A DNA stretch of 49,973 nucleotides from Actinomycetes bacterium. Its GTDB lineage: Bacteria > Actinomycetota > Acidimicrobiia > Acidimicrobiales > JAKAOS01. This document shows positions 1 through 8,101 of this stretch, piece by piece (position 1 is the first letter of the stretch; each line of letters begins with the position of its first letter). The position numbers and the translations under genes were made by a program. The notes beneath the pieces were generated by a model. That model made no database searches, had not been told where the DNA came from, and saw only the letters and a list, made by a program, of their open reading frames with translations. The stretch covers positions 1 to 49,973 of the forward strand of contig JAJYPS010000004.1 of assembly GCA_021795215.1 (NCBI GenBank), given 5' to 3'.

Positions 1-469
1 CCGTGCCGAGTGTCGCAGCAAGGTGATACTGGATGTCACGAACCGTCATCCCGCCTGCGTACAGGCTGATGATCATGTCCTCCAGGTTGACGCGGTGGCT
101 GTCGTCGCTGGGCACCAGCGCCGAGGCGAAGGTGGAGTTGCGGTCCCGAGGCTGATCCAAGCTGATGTCGCCGACTTCAGTGCCGAGGGTCTTGGGGGTG
201 GTCCCGTTGCGGGAGTTGCCCGACCCCTGCCCTGCTCTGTCACCCCGCTCGTAGCCCAGGTGCGACGTCAGCTCGGCGTCCATTCCCCGCTCGAGCACCG
301 CCTTCACGAGCTCTGAGAGGAATCCGCCTGCCCCAGTCAACGCGACCCCGTCCTCGCCGACTCGGGACACCAGCTGGTCGATCAGCTCGTCTCCAAACAG
401 TTCCTTTCGCAATGCTCTGCCAGGCGTCGACGATACCGAGGTGCACTTCTTCTCTTTGGTCATGTTCAC
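1..469 (-). CDS. IS256-family transposase, N-terminal part (runs off the window edge)
   Basis: Manual minus-strand translation: (V/M)TKEKK...GGFLSELVKAVLERGMDAELTSHLGYE...NSRNGTTPKTL...PRDRNSTF...IISLYAGGMTVRDI, a typical IS256 N-terminus. GGAG lies 7 nt before the GTG. Not in the ORF track; the 23..316 + ORF is its shadow. Confidence 0.9.
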   Translation of the reverse strand, partial: MNMTKEKKCTSVSSTPGRALRKELFGDELIDQLVSRVGEDGVALTGAGGFLSELVKAVLERGMDAELTSHLGYERGDRAGQGSGNSRNGTTPKTLGTEVGDISLDQPRDRNSTFASALVPSDDSHRVNLEDMIISLYAGGMTVRDIQYHLAATLGT

Positions 470-498
470 AGTGAAGCTCCTTTGTTCGAGGACCCCTC

Positions 499-522
499 CT
501 TACACAGACCATCTGACACCCC
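499..522 (-). mobile_element. IS256 left terminal inverted repeat
   Basis: Minus strand reads GGGGTGTCAGATGGTCTGTGTAAG just upstream of the transposase, resembling IS256-family ends. Confidence 0.7.
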
Positions 523-1211
523 CCTGGCGCCCCGATCGGCTCTTTCGCCATGAGGTGCTCGCCGAGAAGTCAAAGGAGCTCGACGGCCTCCTCGGTCGCC
601 TCTACGGGACCGCGGTAAACCTCCTCCCACAGCTCAAGGTGCCGGGCTCGATGACGCTCTTCGCGCACTGCGTCCGCGAGATCTACAACCGCTACCCGAA
701 CTTCGACGGGTTCGCCGTCCCGAAGCAACAGGCCAGCCGCAACAACGCGGTCCGGTCGCTCGAGAAGGTCTGGGTTACGCTCGACGAACGCCTGGGCGAT
801 CTCGAGGCCGAGATGACGGCCGGGCTCGCCGACGACCCGCTCTTCACGGTCCGGCAGTCCGTCCACGTCACCGTCGACGCCGTCGTCATCGCCGAGCGCG
901 CCGGCACCGAGGCCGCTCGTGAACGCCACCACTACTGGGTCAATGCGACAGCGTCGGCAGCATTCGGCGGCAACTCGGGGCCGAGCGAGGACGAAGCCCA
1001 TCGCTGCGTCCAGTTCTTCGTCGGCCATGCACACGTCGGCACAACGCTGCACCGGCTCGAGCGAGTCCAGGTCGAGCAGCAGTTTGCCCTCTTCGAGCGC
1101 CTGCTTGACAACCGCCTCCGGGAGTTCCTCAACGCGAGCGACGAGGTGGCCGAGCTACTCGCCGAGGCGAACACGCCTCGGCCGGCGGAGGGAGGCGGGA
1201 CCCATGTCTGA
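523..1211 (+). pseudogene. Hypothetical protein with its N-terminus disrupted by IS256
   Basis: Coding-like frame (WRPDRL...LYGTAVNLL...FAHCVREIYNR...FFVGHAH) begins at the IS end. The ORF-track start at 441 lies inside the IS. Confidence 0.55.
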
Positions 1212-1358
1212 ACACGACGCCCCCGAGTGGCAAGCCCCGACCGACGAGCAGCTTCGCCGGGCGCTCGTTCTCGTCGGCCACTCCGAGCGGGCACGGCTCT
1301 TCTATCAACAGCTCGAGAACCCGCGATGGCTCGCGCCGCTCAACCGGTACAAGGTCCT
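1205..1358 (+). pseudogene. Hypothetical protein N-terminal fragment truncated by IS4 remnant
   Basis: ATG at 1205 after GGAGG; MSEHDAPEWQAPTDEQLRRAL...FYQQLENPRWLAPL, then runs into IS4 sequence. Confidence 0.5.
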
Positions 1359-1769
1359 CTGTTCCCGAGTGGCTTTGCGACTCTGGCGAACAGCGCTTTC
1401 AGCGGCTCGGGACCCAGGCGTGCTCGGGCCTGGAAGATGGCCGACTTGGACACCAGAGCGGGGATCTCTTCCCCAGTGCTCCATGAAAGCCCGTCGGTCA
1501 ACAACGAGAGCACGTCTTCGTAGGAGCCCTCTGCGTGCAACGCCATCCCGATGGCGAAGTAGGCCATCGCCCGTGCAGGCAGTGAGCGGTTCCGCCGTTC
1601 GGTGCGCTTGCAGCTCGCAACCACCTCGTCGACGAGCACCGGGGAAAACGTACGCGTCAGCAGCCCAACCGACACCAAGTCCGATAGCCGGCGGTCCGAC
1701 GCAGGCTTCCTCCAACCGGTCCGGGGCACACCGGCAGACTACACCCATGTAGCCTTAACTGAACGGTAT
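1359..1769 (-). mobile_element. IS4-family remnant (N-terminal transposase fragment plus left end)
   Basis: MPRTGWRKP...LSDLVSVGLLTRTF...RSLPARAMAYFAIGMAL...KSAIFQARARLGPEPL matches the IS4 N-terminal domain. Terminal ATACCGTTCAGTTAAG at 1754-1769 on the minus strand. No DDE domain. Confidence 0.85.
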
Positions 1770-1774
1770 ACGCC

Positions 1775-2167
1775 CTAACCCAGCCGCACCGGCTGCCCAT
1801 CCTGCTCCGCCGACCGCTCGTGGGCCAGGCAGAAGCGAGCCGCAGGGAGCGCAGCGAGACGATCCGCCCCGATCGGTGCGGCGCAGATCTCGCAGAGACC
1901 GTAGCCGCCGGTGTCCAACTTCTGGAGTGCCCGCTCCACCTCTCCCAGCTCTGACTCGAGCTGCTCGACGATGGACAGATCCCGCTCCCTGTCGAATGTC
2001 TCGGTGCCCACGTCCGCCTGATGCTGATCGACACCGGAAAGCTCGGAGAGGTCGTCCTGCTCGGACCGGCCCCGGACGCCTCCGTCACCGAGAAGGTCGT
2101 CTCGGACTCCCCGCAGCCGCTCCCGCTCCCGCTCCAGGTTTGCTCTGACGTCCGTATCGTCGTCCAT
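1775..2167 (-). CDS. TraR/DksA C4-type zinc finger protein
   Basis: DQHQADVGTETFDRERD coiled coil plus YGLCEIC...ARFCLAH; start moved to MDDDT. Confidence 0.9.
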   Translation of the reverse strand: MDDDTDVRANLERERERLRGVRDDLLGDGGVRGRSEQDDLSELSGVDQHQADVGTETFDRERDLSIVEQLESELGEVERALQKLDTGGYGLCEICAAPIGADRLAALPAARFCLAHERSAEQDGQPVRLG

Positions 2168-2285
2168 GGCAGTGCGAATCGTAGCCATCGTTCGAAGCTG
2201 CGAAACCGGCGATCGATCATCGGTGGGCGGCCAGTGGCCGTCGACCGGGGCACGGAAACTCCGCGATGCCCTTAGCCTGTGGCAG

Positions 2286-3005
2286 GTGCCGACCGAAGTA
2301 GAGGCGTTCGCCACCGAGCTCTTCGACGGCCTGCCGCCACGTTACGACGGCCTCGCCGAAGTGCTGTCTTTCGGGCAGAACCGGAGGTGGCGGGCAGAGT
2401 TGGTACGCCACATCGAAGCTCCGAGCGGCGGGCTCGTGCTGGACGTCGCCACAGGTCCGGGGGGCGTCGCAGTTGCGCTGAGGCGAGGCACCGGAGCCGC
2501 AGTCGTCGGACTGGACCTCACCTACGAGATGCTTCGAAAGGCGTCCAAGCGGCTCGGGGAGGGATCGGGCGTCCACCTGGTGCAGGCGAGCGGGACGAGA
2601 TTGCCGTTCCCCGATTGCAGCTTCGATGCGGTCAGCTTCACTTACCTGCTGCGGTACGTCTCGGATCCTGCGCAGGCGTTGACCGAACTGGTCAGGGTGC
2701 TCCGGCCCGGCGGGACGATCGCCAGCTTGGAGTTCGCGGTGCCCGGTGGGCCTCTGCGCTGGCCGGTGTGGTGGGTCTACACCCGGCTGCTCCTGCCGGC
2801 ATGGGGCTCCGCCCTCGGAGGCAGGGAGTGGTGGCGCGTCGGTCGCTTCCTCGGTCCCGACATTTCTCGCCATTATCGCCGGTTCCCGGTGCAATGGCAG
2901 TTGCGCGCCTGGACGGCGGCGGGCCTAGACCAAGTGGAGCACCGGATCATGTCCCAAGGGGCAGGAGTGGTGATGTGGGCGCGAAAGCGCGGAGGCGCCG
3001 TTTGA
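2286..3005 (+). CDS. Class I SAM-dependent methyltransferase, UbiE/MenG-like
   Basis: VLDVATGPG, LPFPDCSFDAV and RVLRPGG motifs; start inferred at GTG 2286. Confidence 0.85.
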   Translation: MPTEVEAFATELFDGLPPRYDGLAEVLSFGQNRRWRAELVRHIEAPSGGLVLDVATGPGGVAVALRRGTGAAVVGLDLTYEMLRKASKRLGEGSGVHLVQASGTRLPFPDCSFDAVSFTYLLRYVSDPAQALTELVRVLRPGGTIASLEFAVPGGPLRWPVWWVYTRLLLPAWGSALGGREWWRVGRFLGPDISRHYRRFPVQWQLRAWTAAGLDQVEHRIMSQGAGVVMWARKRGGAV

Positions 3006-3757
3006 ACGACCGTGGAGCCCACGGCGCTAGCGACAGTGAGCCGGCGTTCTACGTTCGCGGCAGGGGAGCTGGTCGGGATCTCCTTGCAGTCCTTCATCCT
3101 CCCTACACCGCCTGGCACCTGTCCTTCGTGGTCATCGGGGCCGCTGCGGCGCCGGTGGTCAGCTGGCGGCTCCTGGGGCTCACCGTCGCCGCGTTCTTCC
3201 TTGCCGTCGGAGTGGCTGCCCACGCCTTGGACGAGCTCCACGGAAGGCCGCTCGGCACCGAGCTGGGAGTCGTGACGCTGAAGATGCTGGCCGTCGGCAC
3301 CCTCGCGGTGGCGGTCGGCATCGGAGTGGCCGAGGCGATCATGGTGGGGCTCTGGCTGCTGGTGCTGGTGGCGGTGGGTGCTTTCCTGGTGGTCGGTTAC
3401 AACCTCGAGATGTTCGGCGGCCGGCTCCACACCGACTGGGCATTCGCCGTGAGCTGGGGCGGCTTCCCTGCACTCGTCGGGTACGTGGTGCAAAGTCGCA
3501 GCGTCACACCGAGCGCGCTCGCCATAGCCGGGGGCGCCACCGGTATCTCGATCGCCCAACGGGCACTTTCGACGCAGGCCCGACTTCTCCGGCGACGGGT
3601 GACGGCCGTTACCGGCTTCCTGGTGCTCGACGGCAAGCGCAGGGACCTCGACCGGCTCTTTCTGTTGCGGCCCGTAGAGGTGGCCCTGTCGGCCCTGTCG
3701 TGGTCCATCACCATCCTGGCGCTCGGGTTGGTCGGAGCCCGGCTTGGCCACTACTGA
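3002..3757 (+). CDS. UbiA-like integral membrane protein
   Basis: Multiple TM helices; LHPPYTAWHLSFV and AHALDELHGRP; TTGA overlap with the methyltransferase stop. Confidence 0.6.
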   Translation: MNDRGAHGASDSEPAFYVRGRGAGRDLLAVLHPPYTAWHLSFVVIGAAAAPVVSWRLLGLTVAAFFLAVGVAAHALDELHGRPLGTELGVVTLKMLAVGTLAVAVGIGVAEAIMVGLWLLVLVAVGAFLVVGYNLEMFGGRLHTDWAFAVSWGGFPALVGYVVQSRSVTPSALAIAGGATGISIAQRALSTQARLLRRRVTAVTGFLVLDGKRRDLDRLFLLRPVEVALSALSWSITILALGLVGARLGHY

Positions 3758-3853
3758 GCGTCCTGGACGCTGCGTCGTCGCGTCCATCCTCGGGCGCCCC
3801 CGCGGCTCGGATTGGTTTGGTGGGATAGTCGGAGGGTAAAGGGCCGTTCAACG

Positions 3854-4801
3854 ATGGACTGGTACGTCGATACCATGGATCCTTCCGCGGTCCGCGACCT
3901 GCGCCGCGAGGTCGCTGCGTTCCTGCGCCGGCATGCCGAGCCGTCCGCCGATCTGTCCGCCGCGGTGATGGCCGTGGCCGAGCTGCTCGCCAACGCTGCG
4001 GAGCATGCCGGTGGCTCGGCGTGGGTCTCCCTCACGTGGGGCGGGAAGTGTCCCACGCTCACGGTCTGCGACCTGGGCCCGGGCTTCGAGTTGCCGAGGG
4101 ACCTTCCCGACGAGCTGGCGGAAGGGGGCCGGGGTCTGTTCATCGTGAGCTCCATCGTGAACGAGCTCACTGTCGCGGCGAGGTCCGGCGGCGGAGCGAA
4201 GGTGACCGCCATCCTCCCGGTTTCCCGACCGCCGTCGCCGAGCTACGATCCGCCGCGGCGAAGCCGCAATCCTCTCCCGACTCCCGACGAAGCGTCCCCG
4301 GACGGGTTCGGGCGAGAATCTTTCCTCCGGGCCCTGGTGGTGGAAATGGCTCAATCGGTCGAGGAGCTACAGGGTCCCGCTGTAGCGGAGGCCGCAATCG
4401 CCCAGGTGGGAATAGACATAGGCTCGAGGATGGAGCAGGAGTACCGGTCGGCGAAAGACGTGAAGGGCAGCATGTCGACGGCGCAGCTCGCCGACTGCCT
4501 GGTGCGGCTCAAGCACGCCATCGAAGGAGGCTTCTACGTCGTGGAGGCGACCGAGGGTCGCATCGTGCTCGGGAACACCAGGTGCCCCTTCGGCGAAGTG
4601 GTGCGCAACGCCCCTGCTCTGTGCCGGATGACCTCCAGCGTGTTCGGTGGCATCGCCGCCCACCAGCATCCCGACGGCAGCGCCGTCTTCCTCGAGGAGC
4701 GTATCGCAGTGGGCGACCCGGGGTGCAAAGTCGTGGTCTACTTCGGTGCGGGTCCTACGGACCTGCAGGACCTGGCACACCGGTACCACAATGCGGGCTG
4801 A
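3854..4801 (+). CDS. RsbW-like HATPase fused to methanogen output domain 1 (MetOD1)
   Basis: N-term ELLANAAEHA...DLGPG...EGGRGLFIV; C-term FLRALVVEMA...RCPFG...LCRMTSSVFGGIAA...IAVGDPGCKVVVY. Confidence 0.8.
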   Translation: MDWYVDTMDPSAVRDLRREVAAFLRRHAEPSADLSAAVMAVAELLANAAEHAGGSAWVSLTWGGKCPTLTVCDLGPGFELPRDLPDELAEGGRGLFIVSSIVNELTVAARSGGGAKVTAILPVSRPPSPSYDPPRRSRNPLPTPDEASPDGFGRESFLRALVVEMAQSVEELQGPAVAEAAIAQVGIDIGSRMEQEYRSAKDVKGSMSTAQLADCLVRLKHAIEGGFYVVEATEGRIVLGNTRCPFGEVVRNAPALCRMTSSVFGGIAAHQHPDGSAVFLEERIAVGDPGCKVVVYFGAGPTDLQDLAHRYHNAG

Positions 4802-4931
4802 CCAGAGGCGCTCCGAGCAACGGGGCGGGGCTGACCGCCCCCCTCTACGATGTGCGTTCTGGTTTCAGTGGAGAGGTGGTTGCAGGGGAGCGGTGGGCTC
4901 TGGGCCGCTCGACGTGGACCACTGTGCCGAC

Positions 4932-5004
4932 GGGCCGCTAGCTCATCCGGTAGAGCAGGGGACTTTTAATCCCAAGGTGCTGGGTTCGAGACCCAGGCGG
5001 CCCA
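4932..5004 (+). tRNA. tRNA-Lys(TTT)
   Basis: Cloverleaf: GGGCCGC/GCGGCCC acceptor stem, CTTTTAA anticodon loop, TTCGAGA T-loop; CCA not encoded. Confidence 0.95.
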
Positions 5005-5218
5005 CGACGAAGGCTCGGACAAGGCGCGAACGGGGCGCGAATGTGTACCGCCGTCGACCGGAGGGGACGAGCAGCCTCCCGGTCGGACACCTCGTCGTCG
5101 GTCGATCCGGGAGCGGACCGGTCGGGCACCTCGGTCTCTGTAGGGCCGCCGTTCAGACGCTCTCCGATCACCCGGTGACGCTCCCGGCAGTCGGCGCAAG
5201 GGGCGCGTGCCGGATCCG

Positions 5219-5237
5219 ATACCGGGGGGGGTATAGT
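5219..5237 (+). promoter_or_regulatory. CsoR/RicR/CstR-type operator overlapping a -10 element
   Basis: ATACC-GGGGGG-GGTAT palindrome with G-tract (5219-5234); TATAGT at 5232-5237. Confidence 0.7.
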
Positions 5238-5271
5238 CGGTGATGCGAACGACCCCCAAGGAGGAGACCGA

Positions 5272-5394
5272 ATGTGCAGTCCGGCGGTTTGCAAGCGATG
5301 CAAGAAGGTGACTTGGTCCGGATGTGGAAGGCATGTGCAGCAAGTGATGGCGAACGTGCCGGCGGATCGCCGCTGCACCTGCGGTAGCCGCTGA
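5272..5394 (+). CDS. 40-aa Cys-rich small protein, putatively metal-binding
   Basis: AAGGAGGAG RBS; MCSPAVCKRCKKVTWSGCGRHVQQVMANVPADRRCTCGSR; below the ORF-track length cutoff. Confidence 0.85.
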   Translation: MCSPAVCKRCKKVTWSGCGRHVQQVMANVPADRRCTCGSR

Positions 5395-5481
5395 ACCCCT
5401 CCGGCACCGTCGGCCGTGGTCCCCCACGGAGGGCCGGCGGTGCCGGGTCTGGTCAACCAGGGGTCGGCTTGTAGTCCAGCG

Positions 5482-5524
5482 GTAATGCCCGCGGTTCACT
5501 GCCGAAACACGGTGTGGCCATGAT
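5482..5524 (+). promoter_or_regulatory. Putative GlnR-box promoter of the nitrate assimilation operon
   Basis: GTAAT-n6-GGTTC-n6-GAAAC-n10-CATGAT; partial match to gTnAc-n6-GaAAc. Confidence 0.45.
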
Positions 5525-5533
5525 GGGTTCGGG

Positions 5534-7750
5534 ATGAGACCGACGGCACCGGAGGAGGAGCGGCTTCGTTCGGCCCGCACGCCGCCAGGCGTTCCTTTCG
5601 GCGACACGACGACGTGCCCCTACTGCTCGCTTCAATGCGGGATGTCGCTCCGCACGGAGAACTCGGGGTTCCCGTCGGAGTCGGTCGAGGCCAAGCCGGC
5701 CGGCCAGGGCGGCCTCTGCCGCAAGGGATGGACATCGGGTCAACTGCTCTCGCATTCCGACCGACTCCTGAGCCCGATGGTGAGGACCCGCAAAGGCGGT
5801 GCGCTGGTGCCCGCCAGCTGGTCCCTCGCGCTCGACCGCATCGCAGAGGCGGTGGGTGACGTCCAAGATCGGCACGGACCGGATGCGGTCGGGGTCTTCG
5901 GCGGCGGTGGACTGACCAACGAGAAGGCCTATCAGCTGGGCAAGTTCGCCAGGGTGGTCCTCCGCACCCCGAACGTGGACTACAACGGTCGTTTCTGCAT
6001 GTCGTCGGCAGCAGTAGCGTGCAACTCCGCTTTCGGGGTGGACAGGGGGCTGCCCTTCCCGCTTTCGGACGTGTCGATGGCCGACGTCGTCATCCTTGCC
6101 GGTGCCAACCCGGCAGCGACGATGCCTCCGGCCATGCGCTTCTTCACCGCCCTGATCGAAAAGGGCGGAACACTGGTAGTGATCGATCCTCGTCGCACCG
6201 CGACGGCGAAGATGGCGTCGGTCCACCTGCAACCGGTTCCCGGAACCGACTTGGCCCTCGCGAACGCGATGCTGAACATCGCCATACGAGCAGACTGGAT
6301 CGACCGCGAGTTCGTCCGGCAACGGACCTCGGGCTTCGACGAAGTGCGCGAAGCGGTCGCTTCCTACTGGCCGGACAGGATCGAGAGGCTGACCGGGGTG
6401 CCGGTGAACGCCATGACCGACGTGGTGCGAGCCTTCGCTACGGCCGAGCACGCCATGATCCTCACGGCCAGGGGCGTCGAGCAGCACACGAAAGGCACCG
6501 ACACGGTGGCCGCCTTCATCAATCTGGCCTTGGCGACAGGTCATGCGGGGAAGTTGTGGTCCGGCTTCGGAACGCTGACCGGTCAGGGCAACGGCCAAGG
6601 TGGCCGGGAGCACGGGCTGAAGGCAGACCAACTGCCCGGCTATCGCAGCATCGCCGATCCCGCCGCGAGGCGACATGTCGCCGAGGTGTGGGGCGTCGAC
6701 CCCGACACCATCCCTGGCCCCGGCACGTCGGCCTACGAGATGCTCAGCTCTTGCGGGGAGGAGGGTGGGGTCAGGGCTCTGCTCGTGATGGGTTCGAACC
6801 CGGTCGTCTCCGCCCCCGATGCCGCTGCCGTGGAGTCCAGGCTCAGCCGGCTGCAGTTCCTGGCCGTCGCCGACCCGTTCATGTCCGACACCGCTCGACT
6901 CGCGGACGTCGTGCTCCCGGTGGCTCAGTGGGCCGAAGAGGACGGGACGACGACCAACCTCGAGGGACGAGTACTGCGACGCAGGCGACTGAGGTCCGCA
7001 CCGACCTCGGTCCGGACAGACCTCGAGGTCCTCTCCGACCTTGCGGCTCGCCTGGGTCACCGCAGCGGATTCTCGCCCGTGGCGCAGCATGTGTTCGACG
7101 AGCTCGCTCGGGCAAGTGCCGGAGGGCGGGCCGACTACTCGGGAATCACCTACGTCGCCTTGGACCGAGCGTCGGCAACCCACTGGCCGGCCCCTAGAGA
7201 GAGACCGACCGGTACTCCGAGGCTGTTCCTGGACAGCTTCTCCACCACCAGCGGGCGAGCCCGTTTTTCTCCGGTCTTCCACCGGGCGGTGGCCGACCCC
7301 CCCGATGAGAGCTTCCCGATATACCTCACCACCGGCCGCCTCATCTTTCAATACCAAAGTGGTACGCAGACGAGCCTCATAGACGATTTGAGGAGTGACA
7401 GACAAGAGCCGAGTGTGGAGATGCACCCGTTTCTTGCGCGCCAACTCGATATCAACGACGGCGATATGGTCGACGTTACGACACCTCGCGGCACTACCAC
7501 GGCGTGGGCTCACTGCACATCCGACATCCGTATCGACACCGTCTTCCTTCCGTTCCACTTCCCTGCATCCGGAAGAGCCAATCTTGTGACCAATCCAGAA
7601 CTCGATCCCAGGTCGAAGATGCCGGAGTTCAAGGTGTGCGCAGCCTCTATCCGGAAGCACGACCCTCATCGGTGCAACGTCACCAATAGGACCAATGGGC
7701 ACGTCACCTATAGACAGTCACCAATAGAACTGAAAGAGGAGATCTGGTGA
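5534..7750 (+). CDS. Assimilatory nitrate reductase catalytic subunit (molybdopterin oxidoreductase, NasA/NasC-like)
   Basis: TCPYCSLQCG...LCRKG [4Fe-4S] motif, DYNGRFCMSSA, LTGQGNGQGGREHG, C-terminal PEFKVCA. Confidence 0.92.
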   Translation: MRPTAPEEERLRSARTPPGVPFGDTTTCPYCSLQCGMSLRTENSGFPSESVEAKPAGQGGLCRKGWTSGQLLSHSDRLLSPMVRTRKGGALVPASWSLALDRIAEAVGDVQDRHGPDAVGVFGGGGLTNEKAYQLGKFARVVLRTPNVDYNGRFCMSSAAVACNSAFGVDRGLPFPLSDVSMADVVILAGANPAATMPPAMRFFTALIEKGGTLVVIDPRRTATAKMASVHLQPVPGTDLALANAMLNIAIRADWIDREFVRQRTSGFDEVREAVASYWPDRIERLTGVPVNAMTDVVRAFATAEHAMILTARGVEQHTKGTDTVAAFINLALATGHAGKLWSGFGTLTGQGNGQGGREHGLKADQLPGYRSIADPAARRHVAEVWGVDPDTIPGPGTSAYEMLSSCGEEGGVRALLVMGSNPVVSAPDAAAVESRLSRLQFLAVADPFMSDTARLADVVLPVAQWAEEDGTTTNLEGRVLRRRRLRSAPTSVRTDLEVLSDLAARLGHRSGFSPVAQHVFDELARASAGGRADYSGITYVALDRASATHWPAPRERPTGTPRLFLDSFSTTSGRARFSPVFHRAVADPPDESFPIYLTTGRLIFQYQSGTQTSLIDDLRSDRQEPSVEMHPFLARQLDINDGDMVDVTTPRGTTTAWAHCTSDIRIDTVFLPFHFPASGRANLVTNPELDPRSKMPEFKVCAASIRKHDPHRCNVTNRTNGHVTYRQSPIELKEEIW

Positions 7751-8101
7751 ATGGAAGCTGAACCTCGGTTCCGACAGGGTGTATTTCCATATCGCGGGAA
7801 CGGATACGACAAGCCTATGCAGATAGACTCGACCATGTCGTACGTTGTCCCTTCCGGCGCTTATGCACAGCCGGTCTACCTACGTGCGGGTAACTCCGGT
7901 TCTCAGCTCGTGTACCTGTTACTGCTGCTGGACGGTGAGCCACTCCGCTACTTTCCCATCGGCGCATCCTCGGACTCTCATGTGTCCCTCCGAGTGGTCC
8001 AGAACATTCAGCCGGACAGCCATTTGGAGTTGATGCTTGCTGCTCCCGAGGACGCTGAGGGCACGATCGTCGTGGACTTCGGGCTCATGGAGATACCATG
8101 A
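7751..8101 (+). CDS. Hypothetical 116-aa beta-rich protein in the nas-nir operon
   Basis: Starts immediately after the nitrate reductase stop and overlaps nirB by ATGA; GAGGAG RBS. Confidence 0.8.
   Translation: MEAEPRFRQGVFPYRGNGYDKPMQIDSTMSYVVPSGAYAQPVYLRAGNSGSQLVYLLLLLDGEPLRYFPIGASSDSHVSLRVVQNIQPDSHLELMLAAPEDAEGTIVVDFGLMEIP

Noticed and set aside
5395-5533. ANTAR (NasR/NasT) antitermination leader for the nas operon
   Set aside because: No clear twin hairpin plus terminator, no ANTAR gene in the window, and the putative -10 leaves almost no leader
5453-7702. Long antisense and alternate-frame ORFs (e.g. 749 aa here; also 18571-20772, 18656-20698, 27321-29159)
   Set aside because: They overlap well-supported genes and have Arg/Pro/Gly-rich, motif-free translations typical of high-GC shadow frames
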